From: Spirogloea muscicola
Lineage: Eukaryota
Reading direction: 5' to 3'
NCBI GenBank assembly: GCA_009602725.1
Contig: WELB01000025.1
Coordinates: forward strand, 1,056,678 to 1,076,698
Length of the DNA stretch: 20,021 nucleotides
In this document: positions 1 through 11,038 of the stretch, one piece after another
How the letters are laid out: each line of letters begins with the position of its first letter
How positions within the stretch are numbered: the first letter of the stretch is position 1
The notes under the pieces: generated by a model
Databases searched by the model: none
What the model was told of the DNA's origin: nothing
What the model saw: the letters and a program-made list of their open reading frames with translations, nothing else
Position numbers and translations under genes: made by a program

Positions 1-88
1 CAATCCAAGGTTCAGTGACTCTTCTCTGTCGTCAGGCTGGGCCATGAGTCATTGAAGACACGAATGAAAATGTGCGTCATATGCTGCA

Positions 89-810
89 GGACACTTAATG
101 AAGCAATACAGAAGGTCAAGGCAATGCGCCGAAGTGGTGTGCTGCTAGAAGAGAAGGAGGTTGCCTACCATCGCGATGTCATTGTTGCCACCTGTGATAA
201 AGACATCATCGAGATGCCAGAAGGGTTGGGTCGCTTTATAATCTGTGGCAGCACTGACTTGCATGGACAGCCTTACATCCAGCTGAAGGGGATAATTTGT
301 GACATGGACAAGTCTGGTGCACCAATGGGGAAAGTTATGAATCTAGGATGGCAACCTCAACATGCTGCACTGGAGGTGGTCTTCAACTTGCTTACCTTGA
401 TTTACAATTGCCATACACACGTGTAGTATTTTGGATCAGGTGTACGTATTTGTCTGCTCGTCCCAAGAACGCAGAGATGAAGAAACCTGAACTCCTCAAG
501 GAACATATCTTGACCTGACCGTCCAATATCTGTTTGTCATACTCTTCTGAAGGGAGCAATGTGGTCTGGAGCTGGAGCCGTACTTGGAGGTGCCTCGCAG
601 GCAATTTCTATAAAGTTGTTGGGCACAGGGTTGATCAAGCTTGCACTCAGATCCTGCCTAGTTAGTGTACTTCCAGGATATGGCATAGTGATAACAGGAA
701 CAGGTTTGTTGGGATTTGCTTTCTGGGCGTGCAAGGTGCCAAAACACAAGCAGGTGGAGAGAGGGCTGTTCCATGGCGGCAATCCTTTACCAGTATGCGA
801 AGCGAGTTGA
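89..810 (+). pseudogene. Possible 3' part of an unknown gene with a C-terminal Gly-rich hydrophobic (membrane-like) segment; probably disrupted
   Basis: Acceptor-like TGCTGCAG at 81-88 precedes protein-like ORF 52-426. ORF 559-810 encodes GAGAVLGGASQAISIKLLGTGL...GYGIVITGTGLLGFAFW. Stops lie between the two ORFs in all frames. No family recognised. Confidence 0.3.
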
Positions 811-1496
811 GTGCGAGCTAAGCCACCAAGATTAGTAATGACTATAATAACACAGTGATACAGCTGGGCTGGGAACCCACTGACTCAGCCCAGTGGTCAA
901 CTAAAGTGCTTTTCTTTGTCAAGAGCGCACCAGTACATCGGACTCATTCATTCCGAAGCCAACAACTCTCAATGTTACTGAGGCGAGCGAGTCTGCGTGC
1001 ATGCCCTAGCTATTGCTGCTATCCACCATGGGCGCGAGCTGAGCCTGTAAGATTTTGATTTGTCTGCCGCCATAAGCGGTGCTGCGTCTGTACCCCTTGG
1101 AAAGGAAAATGGCAAGCTGAGTAACTTTTGTTGGGAAAGAGAAAAAGCGGCGGTGGCGGTTTTCGAAGCCAATCTGGAGATGTAACTTGAAGTGTAGCCA
1201 GCTTCGACTAAAATCAAGTTTGGGCCCACTGGGCTGCTCGCAGCCCGTCCTCTCCTAAGCTGTCACGTCATGCATAATAAACAATCTGGAGATACAAGGC
1301 CACAGAGCTGCTTTACATTAGGGGCGTATGGGGGTGTTGTAGAATTTTAGCAGGTTCAGGGCTTTGTCAGCCAACCTCTGGGGAGAACGCTCTAGCTGCG
1401 ATCATAGTAGTCAATTCATCAGAGGACTAGCTGGTCGGCATCGTCAATAAGCCACTCGCTAGCGAGATAATATCTGAATGTAACGGCACATTTGAG

Positions 1497-3170
1497 AACA
1501 GAAGAAGTGACAGCACGTTCCTGCATGTAACTGGCGAGCATTAATGTTCAGGAAGACGAGCCTGTACGGGACTTTGTTAAAAGTGAAGGCTTTGGTGCTA
1601 CAAATTGCGTAACATTGAAGCGGCAGTTCTAGCTAGGCATTAGCTGCTCACCGTCCTCATGGGGCTTCCACCTGAATGCAGAGCTCTGTACGACTCCTTC
1701 CAGATGGTAGCTGGGGAGCATTAGACGCTACACTATGTGCTGGCTTGCCTAATTCGCAAAATGTAACAAGAGAGTTGAAGGAACTAGGGTGATTTACCAG
1801 ACAGCACATCGACCAATCCAAGTGGACGCAATTCAGCAACAAGGCATACACATGCAGATGTCAACGTACCGCCGCAGCCAAATGCCATAGTCAAAGAAGA
1901 CGTCACATATCTGTGATGAAGGCTGCCACTCTCTACACTTCCATCTTTCTACTCCACCTGAATCCTAAGCTGAAGCCATGACTTATACATTCATACCGAG
2001 CAGGTGATTTACTGAAGCAGTGGTTGCACGAGGCCACATGATCTTTGGACACGAGACAAGCCCACCGTTGCCCATCATAGGGTGTTCGGCTTTTGTGGGT
2101 GGATGCGCAATCCAATTGGAATACAACACGACTTGCAGCTCGTCAGTGTGTTATAGTAGATTATAGAAAGCAAGTAAAGACACCTTGATCTTGGGCAAAG
2201 AAATATGGGTATACAGCAAAGTTGCAGTTTTTGGATGAGAAGGAGGTCCAAATGACTCCGCCTGTCTCCTTAGACCTTCAAGATAGTAGGTGACATACAA
2301 TAGTGGCCTGCACCTGACAAATCTAAGCTTGTAGCGAATGAGGAGGCAGGAGATGAGACTGGCGACTGAGTCGAGTGAAATGCAAGGTGTTGACAAATTC
2401 GGGCTGCTGCATTAGTGAGAGACAGGCCGAGAAGCTGAAGAGGAGGTAGCCAGGCTATACACGCCAGCGTTGAGTGAAGCTAGTGCTCTTGCTAAATGCT
2501 GTTTTTCTTGAGCCTCTTAGCATGTAATGAGCCATGAGCAGTGCTGATGCTACGAAGCAGGCTGCTATCCCCAAGAACTCACACAGTGAACGGAGAAATG
2601 CTCATCCATGCTGGCTATCGATGAGTGTCACCTTTTCCACCCGCTCACTGGCATGGTAATACTGAAACTTGTCAGATCCATCTCGCTTTCGCAAGGCTCC
2701 CTTTTATGATCGGGCAGATCAGAGCGCCCAAGAGCACGGCTACGCAAGAAAAGTTGGAAGGCAGTGGGTCGGCTGAAACCAAGACCAAGCAACGAAGTCC
2801 TCAGGCGTCAGATAGTGGAAGAGGAACTAACTCGCCCCCACACACACACGTTGTCCCCTTCACAGCCTCCCTAAGCTTCCAGCCTCAAGTACACCAAATT
2901 GTGATCTGTGATAAGTAAGCATCAACTATCTGCCATCACCGGCGTACACCTACGGCCCTACACCGACCATCTACCCTTGGTGTGCTGCCACCGGAAGCTG
3001 TATCAGCATTTGTTGATGAAACCCATGAAGGCGTCGTTCCTGCACAGTGTCGTCTAGACCACTGGATTTGTGAGTATTTACCTGAAGTGCTGCTGTCTGT
3101 AACATCTGGCAGTGGCCCAACCTATCTTGCTTAGTAGCCTTCACAGCCACAACCGGGATCATGAAGTATG
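1497..3170 (+). mobile_element. Heavily decayed hAT-superfamily DNA transposase relic (putative)
   Basis: Manual translation gives hAT-like motifs in the canonical order: EDEPVRDFVK (1552-1581), GISCSPSSW, then in one frame (+2) through many stops LPDGSWGALDATL (about 1697), CRCQ (CxxH position, CAA one change from His), VDAQSNWNTT (2099-2128, cf. D-x-x-TRWNST), NAVFLEP (2495-2515, cf. AxxLDP) and WQWPNLSCLVA (from 3107, cf. dimerisation-domain P-x-LS-x-LA). No convincing TIRs found. Confidence 0.45.
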
Positions 3171-3585
3171 TCAAATAGTTGCTATTGCATTTCTTCAACA
3201 CAACCAGAGTACACTACAAGAAGGCCTAAGCACTCAAATGTTTAACATCTCAGGAATTTTGAAGCAGAGCTTGCTGGAGGTGCTACTCGTCGTTGAGTGA
3301 CATCAGGCAGTTCAGACCGAACAGGTCAGATGTGATGAATGACTTTGACACTCTGTAAAGCATGAAGTGTAAACATCTGCACGTAAAGGTGGAAGGTTGG
3401 ACGTGCATGTCACGGATATCAGGGTTGGCAAAATAAAAGTATCTCTAAGGCGCTTCAAAGTGCCTCAGGATAAAATGTCTAATAGAGTAATGCCCTTGTG
3501 GAGGGAAACGGAAGCCTGTGTGCCCATTACACAGAAAGTGCAGCCACATCGTTGCTTGGAAGTAATCGTTCAATGGGGTTGAAAT

Positions 3586-3642
3586 ACTTTCAAAGCAGAG
3601 TCTGGACATTGGATCACTTCCAAAGCAGAGTCTGGCCATTGG
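3586..3642. repeat. Short direct repeat, 2 copies, 30-bp period
   Basis: ACTTTCAAAGCAGAGTCTGGACATTGG (3586) and ACTTCCAAAGCAGAGTCTGGCCATTGG (3616); 2 mismatches in 27 nt. Confidence 0.9.
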
Positions 3643-3772
3643 TAGCATCTCAAAACTCCACTAGGCCTAGTCTTGTCACCAAGCTAGAATGCACACGCGA
3701 ATATGTACTAGAAACCACCCTGTATGCTATTGACATCCGTGCGTATGATCATTAAATCTGTTGAACCATAGG

Positions 3773-5713
3773 TTAGCTCCACATATCGCTGAAGTCTAAG
3801 GGACCTAGCGGTGCAAAGCCATTTCCTGGTTCTGCTGTTTCTTCATAAGGCAGACGGCAGTGATCTTGCCAGTGCAAGACATCTGCCTTCTCTGGACCTG
3901 CTTCTGACTGGGAGCTGAAGAAGGAATTGACAGCCTCAAATTCAGGAGAAAGTTCTAAGGACTTGCTGGAGCTTGGTGTAGAAGTGTCCTCCATGTCTTC
4001 CGCCCCTGAGCCCGCTGCAGTGACATCCGCATGGCCTGCATCCTGTCCCTTGAAGATGGCTGCGATGTTCATGTTGTAATCTGCATCAGCCTTATGTGTG
4101 TACTGCTCACATGTGATCCATGGGTCCACGGGTACACCACTTGATGCTTTTGAAGTTGCTGGTGCAGGCCCTAATACCTGATGAGCTCTCGTTTGCGGAA
4201 GTGCGGCAGTGCTTGGTCCTCCTCTGGGTGGCGGATGGGGATCTCTTGGACCGATGTCAATGGGCGGGCCCCCAGTCTGGCTGATGAGAGAGATCGCAAT
4301 TGGCTTTGGAGGGGCAGCGTGGGTATGATAGCCTATGTAGGTGACGACAAACACATTCTTGTCGACCTTAGAAACCTCCACTTTCTTCTTTGCCAGGCAT
4401 GGCTGGTCAGAGTCCTCCAGGCTGCAGCGGAAGTAATTGCGAGGATTTGGCGAGCTCTTGATGGGCTTCCTGCCGTATTTGCGCCAACTCCAACCATCGT
4501 CAGGGATGTGCTTCTCGTCGAAGGGCTCTTGGACTATCACGTGTATCTCCTTAGTGGGCACCTTTGGTCTGCAAAAGTTGGGTGTCGAAGGTGTTGATAC
4601 AGATGTGGATTGAAAAATTGCCACAGCTAGCTGCTCACACACCGTGCCAGCTACTCTTTTTGAGATGACGTCCAAAGTCGATGCAATGAGACAGTGTTGT
4701 CAAGTCGATGTTGATGAGCAGAGTTCTGGTGGTGAGCAAGCTCATGCAATGTGGCTCAATGCGATTGACCACACACAAATGCATGTAGCACTCACTTTCT
4801 TGGAGATTGGCGACTGCCATCCATCCTGTTGCCGTTGGAGCATCTGGTCCGCTTGGCTCCGGCACTTTTTGCAGCACACTGGTTGAGAATATCAGCACCC
4901 TTGTCGCAGTGTGATTCATACGACGCTCTCCTGGCACTGGCTTGCATACGGACATCCTCCTCCATCTTCAGGGGTAGCAGGGCTGAGTATCCATCGAGGT
5001 AAGCCGTGCTCTTCTCACTGGAGGTTGTCGATGCAGACATTGGGCTAAGGGGTGCCGTATGTGGGCCAAGGGAGGAAGGTCCTTGGCTGCTGCATGCTCC
5101 CAGATGGACCCCTCGATCAAGGGCGAGAGAGGGAGAAGAAGCTTGTGTACTGGCAACTTCCAGATGGCCTGCAAGGAGACGGAACTCCTGTAACTGCTCT
5201 TGGGCTTGCAGCAATGTTTCCGTGAGATCCGCCAGCTGCCTCTGCCCATTGCTTATTGTACTCGTGGCTGCTGATGCCTCGGAAATTCTGCATTAAGTAG
5301 GAGAGGACGACAGGTTGAAGGAATCGCGAGTGCCGGCCACTGGAGCAGCTTAATTGCACAATGTACCACACTTGAGCACAGTAAAGTTCCAGGTAGCAAC
5401 TGAGCAGATGGGCGGGTATGTTCAAGCAGCCATGAGGAGGGCTTTACAAAAGACTTGCTACTGCAAAGGGCAGTCTTGTGCCCAAGTGCGGAGAGCTGTA
5501 CCCAGCTGCAGCTGCGCATGGTGCCAGCTGAGCGAGGTCGTGGCACATCTCCTGCTGGCAAGCAGAGCTCCTCTGGAGCCACAGCAGCTCCGCGAGAGCC
5601 GCGAGGTTGCCGACGGTGAGGCTGAGAGCGGAGGCGGCCTCCATGAGCCGGCGCGCAGCATGAGCGTGGAGGTCCGAGCCGCCGGCGGGGCTTCCTTGGG
5701 ACAGCCGCGCCAT
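3773..5713 (-). CDS. WRKY: WRKY transcription factor (single domain, group IId/IIe-like sequence, atypical zinc finger); proposed exons 5713-5502, 5287-4796, 4568-3773 (1500 nt, 499 aa)
   Basis: Domain IPDDGWSWRKYGRKPIKSSPNPRNYFRCSLEDSDQPCLAKKKVEVSKVDKNVFVVTYIGYHTH at about 4319-4510. Phase-2 intron 4795-4569 (AA|GTGAGT...TTTTGCAG|A) joins ORF 4792-5214 in frame, and phase-2 intron 5501-5288 (GG|GTACAG...AATGCAG|A) joins an ATG exon starting at 5713. Exon lengths sum to a multiple of 3. Acidic C-terminal tail. The WRKY call is firm; exon 1 is less certain. Confidence 0.9.
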
Positions 5714-6330
5714 TGAGAGGAGACGGCGCAAGGGCTTGGGCGAAGCGGGGGCGCTCGCTCGGCAGGGGCTCGCTTAGCTGGGCCCTCCGCAACGAGGGGG
5801 AGCGGCCGGGGAGGCGTCGCGGCGGTAGGTGGGCAATGCAGGACTGTGCTGCGAGACGGGGCCTCGCGACGCCTATATGGGCGCGGCGGCGCGGCGGCGG
5901 CGGCAGCCCGCTGCGGAGCTCGTCCTCGGCCGGCCGGGCTCCGCCACTGCCACCGCCGCTACCGCGTATCCGTCGTATCTTGGACTCCGCCTCGTGGGCG
6001 GGGGGGGCCCCCGGCCCCGCCGCTGGGGTCAACGCCCCGCTCGCTGGCCGCCACGTGGAGCTGGCTCGAGGTCTCCGCTTCCCGCCACCGTACTGTGCGC
6101 AATACCCGGCCCCGCTTCCCGGCATCCTTCCGATACGCGTCGGGATTGCCAGTTCTTTCTTTGCGCAGACAGCAGCCCCTCCTCGAGACGCGGCGCTTGC
6201 GTACGATAGAAGAAAGGCTTCGTCGCTGGCGGGCTATGGCTGTCACTGGCCAGCCCAGGACCATATGGAACAAAGTTGCGTCAAAACCACACAGCCTCGC
6301 TTTCCCCGCTTCTGCCGGGCCACTTGACAG
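5714..6330 (-). promoter_or_regulatory. GC/CpG-rich island upstream of the WRKY gene (putative promoter and 5'UTR)
   Basis: Sharp switch to very GC- and CpG-rich sequence with (GGC)n runs; lone TATA-like CCATATAGG on the minus strand at about 5872-5880, roughly 160 nt upstream of the proposed ATG; one copy of the dispersed motif at 6238-6275. Confidence 0.5.
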
Positions 6331-7661
6331 GCTACCCGCGTATCTTGCGGTCACACATGCGACATCTTTTCCGGCCCGAAGGTGATTCACCTTCACGAAG
6401 CATGGCGAGCTCCCGTTCCATCTCCGCTGTCCTTGACCGCCAACGCACAGCGCTTTTCGAAGCTTAGCTGGCTTTACCATAGCCACTGCCCTCTAAGAAA
6501 ACGTCTTCTGCTTGAAAACCAGCAATGATAACCATGCTGGTCCAGAGGACATACCGTCGACTTGCATAGTATAGGGTGGCAGCAAGCGCACATCCTCGGA
6601 TCTGGCGGCAGTCTTGACACGACCACATGACAGGGTGACGACATAAGTGCTGGCATGTGCAATCTGCTGCAGCTGCATCCAATGGCTGCAGCATGTCAAC
6701 TACATGTGGGCTAATGCTTCTGCTCCCTTTGCAACCTGGCTGATGGTGTCAGGTGACTTGTGACTAAGCGGTATAGTAGGTATAAGGTACTGGGCTAGAT
6801 CTATAACTGTACAAACACTAGGAACTGCTGCTTGATGTGAAAATTAAGATGCAGGCTACCACATCTTGCATGCGTGAAGAACCTGCACCAATAAGACCGC
6901 TTGTTCTTGAAGGTAGGGAGTGGATTGATCTGACGAAGGAAGAATGCTTCACCGAGCCTATTGTGACCCTTCTTCAGCAGACCAAGATTCTGAAAGATTC
7001 TGGCCCTAATAGACCTTGTCAATTGCGACATTGGCTTCACAAGGTGGCCTCGATGGTTCCTGCCTAGTGCGGCAGAGAGAATTTTGTGCCTCAATAGGCC
7101 CCCATCCTGCTCAACATGCATAGCGCATGGCATGCGCAGCTAACAATAACAACGATCTGATGGATCAGTTGAACTGATGCACGACGACATGAGACCAGTG
7201 TTCACTGTCACAACCGTGACTCCGTCCATTGAGCTACAGCACATGGAGCTGTAATTGTCATGAAGGGCACATAGCTGTCAATGCATGCAGACACGAGACC
7301 GAATCTGATAAAACTTCAGTCTTCCCAGCGCTCTGTATTTGCGAGAGGCAGCGCTTTCAGTGGGGGACAAAGGCTGTGACTGGCCAGCCCACAGAACGGA
7401 TTGAAGCAAGCTCGAAAGGGCCAGAGAAAACGCTCAAGCACACATTGACACAGATGGCCACGATGCACCGAGTAGTCCCTGTGCATTTGCAATCATGCTT
7501 GATACAAAGAGTGCAATAGTGACAGGACAGTCCTCTTCCTTCTGGAGGGTGGCTGTATTAGGACAGCACAAATAGAGGCCCGGAATGGACGAGCAGGAGG
7601 GAGGGGGGTGAGAGAGCGCGAGCGAGCGCGGGAGTGAGTGAGAGAACGCCGAGCGAGCGCA

Positions 7662-7666
7662 AGAGA

Positions 7667-7715
<49 letters not shown>

Positions 7716-7760
7716 GGTGGGGGGAGGGGGGGGGAGAAGAGAGGGAGAAAGAGGAGAGAG
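7662..7760. repeat. (GA)n microsatellite followed by a G/A-rich polypurine tract
   Basis: About 20 perfect GA units at 7671-7711, then G runs and GA-rich sequence. Confidence 0.95.
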
Positions 7761-8621
7761 AAAATGAGCTGAATGAGATGAGGCACCTCTCCTCCGACGC
7801 TCTCGCTCAAGGCCTTCTCTTTCCTCCCAATGCTGCCTCTCCGCTGCAGCAATCAATAAAGTGATGGTCTTGGCCAAATACTGGAGCCATCATTGGCGTG
7901 CTTGCGTGCTACCTGCTTGTCGTTATTATGGTGGGAGGCGTGGTTGTAGGTCATGGTTCAGTACTGCACAAAGATATCACACATGTTAAGTGATGGAGGG
8001 CCTGAGTGACAAATAACAAAAGCAAGCACATGTACATTGCGCAGGGCACAGCACAAGCAGGTGAAGAGGGAGCAGGCGAGAGCAATAGGAGCCCGGCGAT
8101 CTTGTGCAGCAGCAAGCCCCGTGGTGCAGCCATAACGTCGGTCACAAAGTATGGGCTCGAGAAGGTGAGGCTTTACCTGCATCAGCAGTATGCTTGCCCA
8201 GAGGCAACCTTCGTCTGCCCCGCCTCGCCCACATTCGGTACAACGCTTGGCCCGTGCGCTCTGCTGTGGACGCCGCAGGTTGCTCAAAGGCCGCTTGCTT
8301 GCTGCCGGAAAAGATTGCAGTCGTAATGACCTTCATCCACTGTGCGCCTCCTGGGGTGCCGCCAATTTGGCATCGAGCCTCGACCCTGACGGGGCGGCCG
8401 ATCTGTCGCCCTAAATCACTCCCCGCGCTCAGACTTGTACAGCGTTTCCAGCAGCCTGCACTCCGAGTAGACGGCGAAGCTGAGATGATAACTAGAGCCG
8501 GCGGCGGCCATGGCTGCGGGAGCGCGTCGCGACGAGCTTAAAGGAATTGCGGCTAATGACTTTGAAAGAGCGGCTGTAAAAGCCAGCCAGGTGCATTGAG
8601 CAGAGTGCTGCCTGGACGACA

Positions 8622-8680
8622 TACGGCCCACGGCCCACATCGGGCCCACGGCCCGACATCGGGCCCACGGCCAGCCCAGC
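8622..8680. repeat. Short GGCCCAC-rich tandem repeat within the putative first intron
   Basis: ACGGCCCACGGCCCACATCGGGCCCACGGCCCGACATCGGGCCCACGGCCAGCCCA; contains four GGCCCA hexamers. Confidence 0.8.
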
Positions 8681-8929
8681 TTGTCGGTGGTGCGTTGACC
8701 CCTGCGCGCGGGGTGACTGCACGTGATTGGGCGAAGGTCCTCGCCCGGCCGCCCGTTGACCTCCAAAAGGGAGCTTGTGGGAGGGCGCGGTTACTTCGAG
8801 AAAGACTTCACCTTCAAATTGGAGCGCACATTTCTCCAGCTATTCGGTGCCCTCCTCGAGGAGCTGGATGCAAGGTGCCCGCCTTTGTCTTGGATGGTGC
8901 TGAGTTGAGCAGCTCACTGCTGCCGCATG

Positions 8930-10492
8930 CAGCGCTGCGGCAGCAGCGGCAGAGAGGCGCAGCTCACACTCACCGCTCGAGAGCACACTCCATAGGTCCA
9001 CATGCGATGTAACGGGCTGCAAAGGCTCTGCGTGTGTAATGTCAACAGAGTAATCCAATCAGCATCCGACACCATTGACCAGATAGTTTGTAGCTTGTAA
9101 TTTCCGATGCTGAGGACTGCAATGCAGAGTCAAGCGTGGCACATGCTCACGCATCAGTAGATGCTGTGTCACTTGATGATAAGGCAAGAATGTGAATTGT
9201 GGCTGGATCACACCTGAACAATTAACCACGACCAAAGTACCATACCTTATGGCTGCTCTTGCTTGTGAAGCTTCAAGAACCGCACACTCACTATGAAGCA
9301 AGTACGAACATGCTTAGAAACAGTCCATGCAAGTGAACCACCTTCTTGACTAATATGCAGCAACTCACATTGACAAAGCACGAGATGTAAGATCACTGTT
9401 CCAGTAGCACACACAATGCATGATCCAAATTAGAATAAAACTTGCAATACTCGCAAGAAAGCACTTCCTATCCACGAAAAGTAGTAATCTTACTGAAGTC
9501 CTGCTCCTCATCGTGGTATAAGAAGGTGGTCATGTCCATCAGAGATCTCAGCACCGCCGCAGCAGCAGCGGCAGAGAGGCACAGCTTACACTCCTCGCTC
9601 GAGATCACACTCCATAGGTCCATATGGCGATGTGATGGGCTGCAAAGGCTCTGCGTGTCATCATACGAATTCACATACGCATCCGACACACTGACCAGAT
9701 ACATGTTTTTCCGATGCTGAGGACTACAATGCAATAGTCAAGCGCGGCTCGATGCTCACGCTTCAGGAGATGCTGTGTGCTTGACGATCCACCAAGGATG
9801 TGAACCACGGCTCGATTACCCCTGAACAATGGACCACGACATCAGTACCATACTTTGTGGCTGCTCTTACTTGTGAAGCTTCAAGCTCGTCCACCTGATA
9901 CAAGTGCGAAATTTCAGCCCATGCAAGTGAATCAACTTTCATTCGACTGGTCTGCAGCACTCACACTGGCAAAGTACTGGATGACAGGGTCACTGTTCCA
10001 GTGGCACACACAATACATGATGTAGAATAGGATTGAACTTGCATACATGCAAGAAAGCACTTGCTCTCTCCCAAAAGTAGTAGCCTTCTTGAAGTCCTGC
10101 TCTTCATCGTGGTATGAGAAGGTGGCCATGTACATCAGGGAGCTCAGCGCCGCTGCAGCAGCAGCGGCAGAGAGGCACAGCTAACACTTCGCGCTCGAAA
10201 TCACAATCCATGGTTCCATATGGTGGTGTGATGGGCTGCAAAAGTTGTGCAGAAGTACCGTTACCAGAAAAATCCACTTACGCATCCGAAATACTGACCA
10301 TATGTAGTAGTCAAGCGTGGCTGGATGCTCACGCTTTAGAAGATGCTGTGTCACTTGGATCATACACCAAGGATGTGAACCACGGCTGGATTACCCCTGA
10401 AGAACTGACTACGACAAGAATACCATTATGTGTGGCTGCTCTTATTTGTGAAGCTTCAAGCACCTCTACTTGCTATGATACTGCTTTGATAC

Positions 10493-10540
<48 letters not shown>

Positions 10541-10793
10541 CGAACATGCGAAGATGCGAAGATCCTAAGAAGCAGCCCATGCAAGTGAATCAACTCCTTG
10601 ACTGGTCTGCAGTAACTCACTTTGACAAAGCACTAGATGACAGGGTCACTGTTCCAATGGCACATAGAATGGATGATCTAGATCAGATAGAACTTGCATT
10701 CCTGCAAGAAGGCACTTGCTTATTTGCAAAAAGTAGTCATGTTCTTGAAGTCCTGCTCTTCGTCGTCGCCTGAGAAGGTGGTCATGTTCATCA
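8930..10793. repeat. Diverged tandem triplication, unit about 600-650 bp
   Basis: Shared anchors: AGAGAGG of GCAGCGGCAGAGAGG at 8951/9573/10169; TGTGAAGCTTCAAG at 9264/9872/10447; TGAAGTCCTGCTC at 9494/10090/10747. Confidence 0.95.
10494..10538. repeat. (CA)n microsatellite present only in repeat unit 3
   Basis: About 22 CA units; absent from the corresponding position of units 1 and 2. Confidence 0.95.
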
Positions 10794-10946
10794 GAAACCA
10801 CCTCGGCAAGCTAGATGCAAATTTTGCTGAGAGTTGGTGATGAAGTCTTGCCTTTCCTAGACTGTGCACAACAGGCTTTTCCAGACAAGAGTTCTGACCA
10901 GAACATAATAAACTTCTACCAGGAAGATACGCAGCTAGCACGCCTT

Positions 10947-11038
10947 GTGACATTGAAGTCGGTCATAGAAAAGGTGGTGCATGACTACATCGTGATATTG
11001 AAGTCGGTCATGGAAGTTGTGGTACATGACTACATCGT
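10947..11038. repeat. 45-bp tandem duplication (15 codons)
   Basis: GTGACATTGAAGTCGGTCATAGAAAAGGTGGTGCATGACTACATC (10947) and GTGATATTGAAGTCGGTCATGGAAGTTGTGGTACATGACTACATC (10992); reads VTLKSVIEKVVHDYI / VILKSVMEVVVHDYI on +. Confidence 0.92.

Noticed and set aside
145..200. LEEKEV...IVATC resembling LDEKEV...IVACT near 2230-2315
   Set aside because: Short match with different spacing and no extended nucleotide similarity; likely chance.
1357..3432. CAGGG-starting sequences (1357, 3420) as hAT TIRs
   Set aside because: No correctly oriented matching pair and no 8-bp TSD found.
4569..4675. Treating ORF 3773-4675 as the complete WRKY CDS
   Set aside because: It starts at a TTG, and its first ~35 codons fall in a well-supported intron ending TTTTGCAG at 4569.
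5253..6486. Long overlapping ORFs (290, 204, 179, 175 aa) in the GC-rich island
   Set aside because: Low-complexity Arg/Pro/Gly/Ala translations in several frames are expected from high GC and stop-codon scarcity; no domain features.
6837..7067. 76-aa plus-strand ORF
   Set aside because: Somewhat protein-like but isolated, with no recognisable motif or linked exons.
7434..7877. ORFs with (SL)n or (RE)n runs
   Set aside because: Artefacts of the (GA)n microsatellite. A minus-strand exon at about 7785-7965 is possible but contains stops and cannot be supported.
8930..11038. CRISPR-like or satellite interpretation of the repeats
   Set aside because: Units are long and diverged with no constant repeat/unique spacer pattern; eukaryotic context with no cas genes.
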